Assembly (NCBI GenBank): GCA_028534125.1
Contig: CM052817.1
Coordinates: 17,300,001-17,364,000 of the forward strand
Direction: 5' to 3'
DNA from: Lama glama
Lineage: Eukaryota
DNA length: 64,000 nt
Both the position numbers and the translations under genes were made by a program. The notes below the pieces were generated by a model that saw only the letters and a program-made list of their open reading frames with translations, was not told the DNA's origin and did not search any database. The first letter of the stretch is position 1. Each line of letters begins with the position of its first letter. Shown here in pieces: positions 1 to 64,000 of the stretch.

Positions 1-109
1 GATTCATCAATTTCTGGGTCTGACTTACAGGACCGATGAAAGAGTCAGGGTGTTTATTTCTGGGATGCCTACAGTCCTCTTTTAGCCCCCAGTAGCCTGT
101 GAAAACAGC

Positions 110-262
110 CCAAAATTTGAAGCCAGAAAGCCCAGGAGCTACATGGTACTAAGAATTAGCAGCTGAGTGATCTTGAGAAAGTTACTTAATCTCTCTGAGC
201 TGTAGTTTCTCTGTCTATAAAATGAGGGTAGCAGTTTGCAGAAATGTGTGGCTGGCACAGTC
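110..262 (+). mobile_element. MIR
   Basis: gctgagtgatcttgagaaagttacttaatctctctgagctgtagtttctctgtctataaaatgaggg. Confidence 0.65.
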
Positions 263-604
263 CCCAGTTTGTGCAAAGAATGGCTAGTTTGTTTTAAGCA
301 GTGATCTTAATTAAACTCAGCAGTGCTTGAGTCTTATATAGTTTTCAGCAGGTGGGACCATCTTTAAAGTCCCCAAATGTCGATCCTGAAATGTACTGAC
401 TTGTACAAGATGCCACTACAATGCTGACATTCTGGCTTCTAGATAAACCTTTTAAGAATTTCACCTCCAAGAGGCTATTCTAGGAAATTCAGGAATGAGC
501 TCCAAAGCCTCTGGCCTCTTTGAATACGTACAGGAATTCTCCAAGGAACCCTTTCCAATATCTACAGAAGAGCTTGTGAATCCAGAGACTGTTCTGAAAG
601 ACAG

Positions 605-631
605 GATGGTGGTGGTGGTGGTAGTGGCGGC
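605..631. repeat. (GGT)n microsatellite
   Basis: gatggtggtggtggtggtagtggcggc. Confidence 0.8.
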
Positions 632-1471
632 AGAGTGAGGAGGAGACACTCAGGTGTTGCATAATGATGTAATGCTTGCAAGTCAAAGCCATCACTCTGG
701 TGGGTGATGTAACCATGGCAGGGACCAGGAGGCCCAGTGATGCAGTACAAAGACCATTTATGGAGTCAGGAGACCTGTTTCGGGCAAGTCTCATTTATCT
801 ACCACTAATAGGTGACTCTGGGGGTGGATACTGAATGAAGACATTTCAGTCCTAAGATGCTTGGATCTCACAGGCCTTGGTTTCCTCATCTGTGAATGAA
901 AGGGCTTGGATCAGCCGTTGTCCAAGACCTTCTTGGGCCCTAAGATTTATCTTTCTGATGCTCTCTGAGGAAGTTAATGAAGTACTAAGGCATGTATTTT
1001 TCCTTTTGAAGCTCAGGGAAATGTTTAAATCACCATGGTAACAAGATAAATCAGCAATCAGTTTCTGATTAAAACAAAAAAGTGCCAGTGCGTAAATGTA
1101 GAAGGAATGTGTAATCAGCATTGCCGCCATTTACATCTTCTTGTCAGAGCATAATAAAAATGCTCGATGCTTTTCCCCAGTTAGTTTGTTATTATCCATG
1201 TGAGAACTCTCCCATTTCCATCGGGGGGTTTGCAATCACTGGACCGGCACCCCCACGGCCCATCATAATTTTAAAGTGGCCTCTTTGTCTCCGCTCACCT
1301 GGAATCCGAGCTAATTTGATTACCGGACTTGAATCAAGGTAACCAGGAAAATCAGCGTGCTGCTTAAAAAATTACAGAGTATTTTCCAGAGCCAAATAGA
1401 AATGATTGTTGCATTATTTGCTGCTTGGGGGACCATTTTCTGTACATTAGTGAGAATAATCAAGAGCTGGC

Positions 1472-1804
1472 CCCGAGCTGGCAGACTGCAGCCCATGGGC
1501 CAAATGTGGCTGGCTGCCTGTTTCTGTACGGCTTGCAATCTAAGGATGGTTTTTGCATGTTTAAACGGTTGCACAAAAATCAAGAGAAGAGTACTATTTT
1601 GTGACATGTGAGAAACATATGAGATTCAAATCTTCACATCCACAGCAAAGTTTTATCGGAAACCGGGCACACCATTCGTTTTCCTGTATGGTCAATGATT
1701 GCTTTGGCACTAAAGTGAAAAGTTGAGTGGTTTTGATACAAATGGCCCACAAAGCCCAAATGTTTATTATCTGGCCCTTTATCGAAAAAGTTTGCCAACC
1801 TCTG
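1472..1804 (+). mobile_element. MER58B-like hAT-Charlie MITE
   Basis: gcccatgggccaaatgtggc...gcctgtttctgtacgg...tatctggccctttatcgaaaaagtttgccaacctctg. Confidence 0.75.
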
Positions 1805-3237
1805 CTGTGGACCACTGTAGGAAAAATATCTGGCTGCCAGTTGACCAGATGGGAGGATATAGGAGAGAAGATATGAGTGAATGTATCGGGTGAATCCAGA
1901 GATAATAGAACATTTACAAAGATTGGGGGCAAGGAGGTGAGGGAGGGAAGGCTCTGGAAATTATATGCTATGAATAAAATCTAATCTACTTCATTTGGGC
2001 CCTGGATCCAGCAAGGCCCAGTACATGTATAAGATGCACATCATTTCAACATTTCTTATGAGTAAAGATACCGGGAGAGCACCAAGGGTAATGAGATAGG
2101 AGAAAAGTAAAATCTCATCATTAAATCACCCTGACTTTAAGGCTACTGCTTTTTTCATGAGCACCACTTTGTGACATTTTACTGTAATTTTAGTAGAAAC
2201 CTCATTAACTGGAAGTGTAGAGGACAGGAAAAGAGTAGGAACAGGTTTAATTAATCTTGTTCATACCGTCTTACTCTTTTTAAAAGACCACTAGACTAAC
2301 TGCTTAGGCGAAAAGGATGAGTTGGCTTAAATGATGAATGTTTTGAATAGGCTGACATTGGTTTAAAAGGTGACCCCGTCACACCTGGAGCTGCTAGTTG
2401 TGCAGATGTGCTCTGTCCCGTGCGTTTCATTTAGACATAAAGTCTATAATAACACCAGGAAGGCAGGACTCTCTCTTTGAAGTGACCATTCACGTGTTGT
2501 CCCTCTAAGTCTCCCCTTCACCTTCCTGCCAGGCAGCCAGCCGGCCTCCATGCTTCTTTGGTCTCAGGGGAGGCTTGTGGTGGGGCAGAAATGGAGATGG
2601 TTCTAGACATACTTTACATTGGGAATTTTTTGGTTTTTTCCAAAAGCCCAAGTCTATTAAGGCAATTATGCTTGGCGTCCTTGACAGGGAAGGGAGAGGG
2701 AAAGTGCTTTAGTGATGAAATGAGGCAGGGAAAGGAGGCGTATGGAGTGTGGGAAAGCGACTGCGCCTGACTGTGGGTGTCCCCGCAGCGGGGCCCTCAC
2801 CTTGCCCCTTCGGCCATCTGAGAAAGGAAGACTCGAGAGAAAACAAAGGCTAAGGTGCTCAGCTTTGGCAGAGATGATGGGACTCGCAGGTGACCCAGAA
2901 GCTGCAAAGCCAATGGGCCTGGAAGGATGGTGCTGGCCCGGGGCCATGTCTGTTCTGCTATCAGATGGGTGACCATCTGAGTGACGAGTGCTACCCAAGA
3001 CCTAGGGAAACTGGTATGTCCCTGGGAGGCACTGGCTTCAAGAAAGACTGAGCTGCTTTGGGGAATGCAAGCTAGGAGTCAAAAACAAGTTCTTTCAAAA
3101 GAAATAAAAGAGATTTTTGTGTACACAGTGTTTTTTTGTGTACTCATTTTTGCACTCTTGCTAGACAAGTCAACAATGCCTTTGTTTAGCTGCTTTAAAA
3201 AGAGTTTGAGTTATTAATCATTTAATTATTTTACTTT

Positions 3238-3348
3238 GGTGGGGGAGGTAACTAGGTTTATTTATTTTTAGAGGAGGTACTGGGGATTGAACCCAGGACC
3301 TCATGCATGCTAAGCATGTGCTCTACCACTTGAGCTACACCCTGCCCC
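3238..3348 (-). mobile_element. tRNA-derived SINE (camelid Vic-1-like)
   Basis: Reverse complement reads ggggcagggtgtagctcaagtggtagagcacatgcttagcatgcatgaggtcctgggttcaatccccagtacctcc, with Pol III A and B boxes and an A-rich tail. Confidence 0.85.
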
Positions 3349-3474
3349 TGAGAGTTCTATGTTTTAGAGAGTCTAACAGCATAGAAAAGCACTCTGCACT
3401 CGCAATCATGTCTGTTTATTGATGTAAACCAAGCTTATTTAAGTGTGAGCATTACCTGGTGTCAGTATGCTTTT

Positions 3475-3698
3475 TTATTTTATTTAAAATTTTTTTTCAA
3501 TTATTCTTTTTTTAAGCATTTTTTTTTCAATTTCACATTTTTCAAATATTTATTTATTTACTTATACTTTTTTTTTTTTTTGGTGGGGGAGGTAATTAGA
3601 TTTTTGTCTACTTATTTTTAATGGAGGTACTGGGGACCGAACCCAGGACCTTGTGCATGCTAGTCCCACACTCTACCACTGAGCTATACTTTCTCCCA
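3475..3698 (-). mobile_element. tRNA-derived SINE (Vic-1-like) with a long A-rich tail
   Basis: Head at 3622-3697; possible TSD cagtatgctttt (3463) / cagcatacttt (3699). Confidence 0.8.
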
Positions 3699-4754
3699 CA
3701 GCATACTTTAATTGCACATAAAATGCCCCAGAGGGCATGACTTCTTAGGAGCTACCAGCTAACGTTACTTTTCTTTCTTTCTTTTTTTTTTTTCTGTCTT
3801 TATGACTGGCTCATTCTTTTTCCAGCTAATATTTCTTGGGTTTTAAGTCCTCGGCACTGTGTGATCTCATCTGGTTCTCTCAACCACAGTCCGAGGTAGG
3901 TGTACTACTGTTTCTGCTGTTGTAGAGAACGGGAAACTAAGGCACAGATAGTTCCCTCCCTTGCCCAAGGTCACACAGCTAGCAACGGGCCAGAATCTCG
4001 GCGGCCCGTGCTATTAGCTACCGACCCGCGCTGCTAGCCTTCTGAACGCAGGACAATTTAATGTGGCGAATGCGGTGAAGTGTTGACTATATATCACAGA
4101 GCGCATAAACTCAGAAGGAAAATGAAGGTAGCTGGAGCTGAACGCGAAATGGATGGACAGCTCAATTTAAAGGTCTGACCATAAATCATTAGTTTTTAAA
4201 AAACAACTGACTGGAAAAAAATGCAAATCATGAAGTGACAAAGATCCCCTCACTTACAGCACACCCCTCACAAAAAGTGACTTAAGGAGGCTTCCAGCTC
4301 TCAAATCCTGTCCCTCTTGACTCGGGCAGGCAGCACCCAGGGAGACTTACTCTGCCTGCTTCACGGCGCCACGGTTACCACCAGCATCGACGCCGTCTGC
4401 CCCACTCCTCCCCGTGGGGCGGGTCATGGACCGCGGGCACCGGCTGATCAGGGAGACACCAGACGTGGACTCTCTGCCCTCTGAGTGCTCCCCCCCGCAG
4501 TGCTTCTCTCCTGCTTTTTGTGCCTGGATGGCTCCTGCCCCATCGCCTAGTCACTGACAGGGTACATTCCTGTTTCAAGTTATTGACAAATTTGCACTTA
4601 TGTTGAGGACTTTAAAAATAATTTACTACATGTTTTAATTGAACACTAGTTCTAACAGGGCTGGTAGGTACCACTGTGGGGGCATGTTTTGGAGATATGT
4701 GGAGATTTTATTTTATTTTATTTTATTTTATTTTTACTTCCAGGCCCTTAGGAC

Positions 4755-4910
4755 TCTAAGTGTGGTCCATGGTACAGCTGCTTGGACATAATCTGAAACC
4801 TTGTGAGAAAGCCTGGATCTCAGGGCCCATCTCAGACTGATTGACTCAGAATCTGCATTTAACCAGTTCCCTGGGTGATTCATGTGCATATTAAAATTAG
4901 TAAGTACGGG
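4755..4910 (+). mobile_element. MER5A-like hAT MITE
   Basis: aagtgtggtccatgg...ctcagactgattgactcagaatctgcatttaaccagttccctgggtgattcatgtgcatattaaa. Confidence 0.7.
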
Positions 4911-6830
4911 GCTATAATTTACATATTGGAATATATATTATTTTAATTACTTTCTTCTTCTTTCTCTTTGTATTGTTTGTTAGGGCATTATTTTTTAAAA
5001 TAGGTGTGTAGGCAGATTACTTGTCATTTATTTCAGGGTACCAAAAATCTGTTAAAAAAAATGTCTTTATGTAAGGGGACAACGGGTCAGAGACAGATGG
5101 TAGCCACAGTTTTAAAGTATTGTGAGTGTGGAAAACTTTGGAGTTCTGTTGCCCTACATCCTTTCTTGGACTTTACTGTATGATTTTGGGCAGGCAACAT
5201 CATTCCTTTGGCCTCAATTTCTTCATCTATAACATAAAGGGCATAGAATTAAATTATTTTAAAAATCCTGTCCAGACTTTTCCAACATTAATCAAGAGGG
5301 GACACAGTATGTACAGGAAGAAGCAAGTGAAAGAGTTTGAAAAAATGAAAAAAAATGTGTGAAAGAGCAAAGGATACATAGGAAGGGAAACAATCTCAAA
5401 AGGCAGGGAGATGGGAATGTGGAGGGACTGACAATGAAGTCTCAGAGAGAAGAAACAAAAGACGGCTTCGGATAAAAGTCATTCCACCAGCCTATGAATT
5501 TTCATGGCTACCAGCTGGCATAAAATCATAAAGACAATTTTCAGCTCCTCTAACGGAATTGCATTTGTAATAATCATAACAATATTTCTACAGAGTAAAA
5601 ATGACAAAGATAATTTGAAATGGAAAACACTGACAAGATGCAAAATAAATGTGCTATACCTGGCAACAAATTTAGGGACGGGACAGAATTTGCATGAAGA
5701 AAATGGATCAGCCAGCCGACTACAGGGCATCAAACCTGGAAGGGCTTTTGATGGTTCCTTGTTAACCTCCTCAGGTAAATCAGAGGGAAGTGATTCCATA
5801 TTAGCCTCGTGGAACAGTGGCTTCCATTTCACCATCAAATCTGTGGTGAAATGCTCTCCTTTCGCCTTCATTATCTGTGACATGAATAACGGCTGTGCAA
5901 ATGCTCCAACGCCGTGTCTGGTCCTAACGTTTCTACTTGTAAACATCCCCACTGGTGTTAGTGAGGGATTCTGTCCTGCCGTAGCCATCCAACATGGTGG
6001 GGAGTGGGAATTCACCACTGAGAGATGCTGGCAAAATTGAGCACCTACTAAGTGTGAGACGGGGCCAAGGCCTCTCTCTGACTCTGCCCGTGGTCTTATA
6101 GAGAAGATAAACATGACAGCTAACACTATTGAGAGGGCGTTATATGTCAAATAAATAGAACAGCTAATATTAACTCCAGGGGTCATTTTGGCGTCTTATG
6201 TGTATTTTTTTCACTGAACCCTCCTGATATCCCCGAGAAGCAGCTACTGTTAGAACCTCATTTTATTGATGAGAATCTGAGGGATCAGGAAGTGGTCATA
6301 TGTCACACTTAAGTGAACAGCTAAGCCTGGACTCTACACCAGCTCGAAAGGACGAGCGTGCCTATCTCCTTAAGTCCTGCCCTGCACTAGCTCAGAGAGG
6401 TGACAGTGATGAGTGGAAACCACACTAGACCACACGCTGGCTTCACATTCCTCCTCGGCGCCTCTCTCTGAATCTGTGTGGCTGGGTATTCATTACAAGT
6501 GCTTGTTTATTATCCCACAGGTTTGATTCCTTCACCAGGATAAACAGGAAGACTTCGTGCTGGAGGGGCCTCAGAACTTGGATTTTAAGGCACACAAGGT
6601 ATAGTTTTGATAGCAGGTGTACTTTCAACGGGAGAAGACATTTTTGCTCAATTTCTTCAGCATCTTGTTAAAAAAGAAAACTTTGCTTACTTTGAAAAAT
6701 ACAATTGGAGCTTTTTATCAGCCAGAGGTCACGTTACAGCCCTCGGGGTGACCCCCACCCTGTGAATGACCATCCTAACGGCCTGAGGAGGAACGGTGTC
6801 ATTTTTCCAGTGGGGGAGAAAGAATCCCTA

Positions 6831-62841
<56,011 letters not shown>

Positions 62842-62969
62842 TTAATTATTTTCAGAAAAACACTGCTTCCAACATCACATTCTTCCTGGAAACCTCTGCC
62901 TAGCTCCTATCACATATTTAAATGAGATAGTCTGAAAATATGAGCACACTGAATATACGCCCAGCGTCC

Positions 62970-63180
62970 GAGAAGCACTTTACAGAGCTATCTCAATTAG
63001 TGTTCATAGCAACCCTATAAAGGAGATTCTATTATTAGTCCCATTCTACAGATGAAAAGCCCAAGGCATAGAGAAGTAAAATAACTTGCCTGAGGTCACA
63101 GAGCTAATAAGTTGTGGAACCAAATTTCAAATTTTCAGCTCTGGTTCTATGTGCTTAACCATTTTACATATACTGCCCTT
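62970..63180 (-). mobile_element. MIR
   Basis: cccattctacagatgaaaagcccaaggcatagagaagtaaaataacttgcctgaggtcacagagcta. Confidence 0.7.
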
Positions 63181-63454
63181 CTAATGCTAAGAAAAGCATT
63201 TTGAATTTGTGTAGTGATAGTAAAAGATAACACTTCAGTAACACTCACTATGGTCCACAGTGCTATAAACATAAAATTCATGTAATCCTCATTAGTATCC
63301 TCAATCTACAGATGACGAAATGGACGCACTGCTGCCAAAATAGTAACTAACATTTATGTAACCCTTCGAATATGGCAAGCAACATGCTAAGTACATTTCA
63401 GGAATAATCGCACTTAATTTCACTACTAAAGAAATAGACTCTAACGGGTTTTTT

Positions 63455-64000
63455 TGCGTTCTTTTTTATTGAAGTATAGTCAGTTTACAACATTGTGTCA
63501 GTTTCTGGTCTACAGCATAATGTTTCTGACATACATATACATACATATATTCCTTTCCATATTCTTTTTCATTATAGGTTACTACAAGATATTGAATATA
63601 GTTCCCTGTGCTGTAAAAAGAAATGTTGTTTATCTATTTCATATGTAATAGTCAGCATCTGCAAATCTCAAACTCCCAATTTATCCCTTCCCACCCTCTT
63701 TCCTTCCAGTAACCATAAGTTTGTTTTCTATGTCTATGAGTCTGTTTCTGTTTTGTAAACAAGTTCATTTTTTTTTAGGATTCAACATATAAGCAGTATA
63801 ATATGGTATTTTTCTTTCTCTTTCTGGCTTACTTCACTTAGAATGATGATCTCCAGGTCCATCCATATTGCTGCAAATGGGATTATTTTTATTCTTTTTA
63901 TGGCTGAATAGTATTCCACTGTATAGATATACCACATCTTCTTCATCTAGTCATCTGTCAATGGACATTTAGGTTGTTTCCATGTCTTGGCTTTTGTAAA
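63455..64000 (-). mobile_element. Cetartiodactyl/camelid-type L1 3' region, runs off the window edge
   Basis: ttttttattgaagtatagtcagtttacaa...ggcttacttcacttagaatga...tccatccatattgctgcaaatgg...gttgtttccatgtcttggct. Confidence 0.9.

Noticed and set aside
489..794. ORFs with poly-His, poly-Thr or poly-Pro runs
   Set aside because: All derive from the (GGT)n microsatellite at 605-631.
3290..3348. tRNA-like A/B box sequences here and at 14183 and 33302 as tRNA genes
   Set aside because: They have SINE bodies, A-rich tails and (for 14181 and 33302) TSDs, and lack a proper acceptor stem.
5479..6186. Overlapping antiparallel ORFs of 235 aa (-) and 178 aa (+) in the last intron
   Set aside because: No recognisable domain, the minus ORF starts in a MIR, and there is no splice or promoter support. 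A faint CKINVLYL resemblance to CR1/L3 reverse transcriptase is too weak to call. Most likely chance.
1..6800. Canonical terminal exon of SEL1L3
   Set aside because: No phase-1 exon encoding the expected Pro/Ser/Thr/Ala-rich tail was found; it probably lies to the left of the window.

Overview
Mammalian genomic DNA, most likely camelid: it carries tRNA-derived SINEs of the Vic-1 type and cetartiodactyl-type L1 3' ends, and I saw no Alu, Bov-tA or PRE1. The whole window lies inside one minus-strand protein-coding gene, SEL1L3 (SEL1L family member 3). I traced 19 GT-AG exons with consistent reading phase from 62816 down to 6869, about 2.3 kb of coding sequence. They match exons 3-15 and 18-23 in human numbering (numbering recalled, not looked up) and encode a LamG/ConA-like region, Sel1-like repeats and the C-terminal hydrophobic segment. 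Exons 1-2 lie beyond the right edge and the canonical last exon was not found, so it probably lies beyond the left edge. Exons 16-17 are missing and most likely sit in a 500-N assembly gap at 17577-18076. The introns hold ordinary eutherian repeats (MIR, L2, L1M, MLT1, MER hAT elements), young SINE and L1 copies with target-site duplications, and a full-length U6 snRNA retrocopy inserted into an old L1. Repeat family names come from recalled consensus motifs and their boundaries are approximate. I found no convincing novel biological system. The best leads are an in-frame, stop-free 81-nt intron inside the membrane-anchor coding region, a possible intronic-polyadenylation C-terminus, the gap-hidden exons, the U6 retrocopy and nested transposon stacks.
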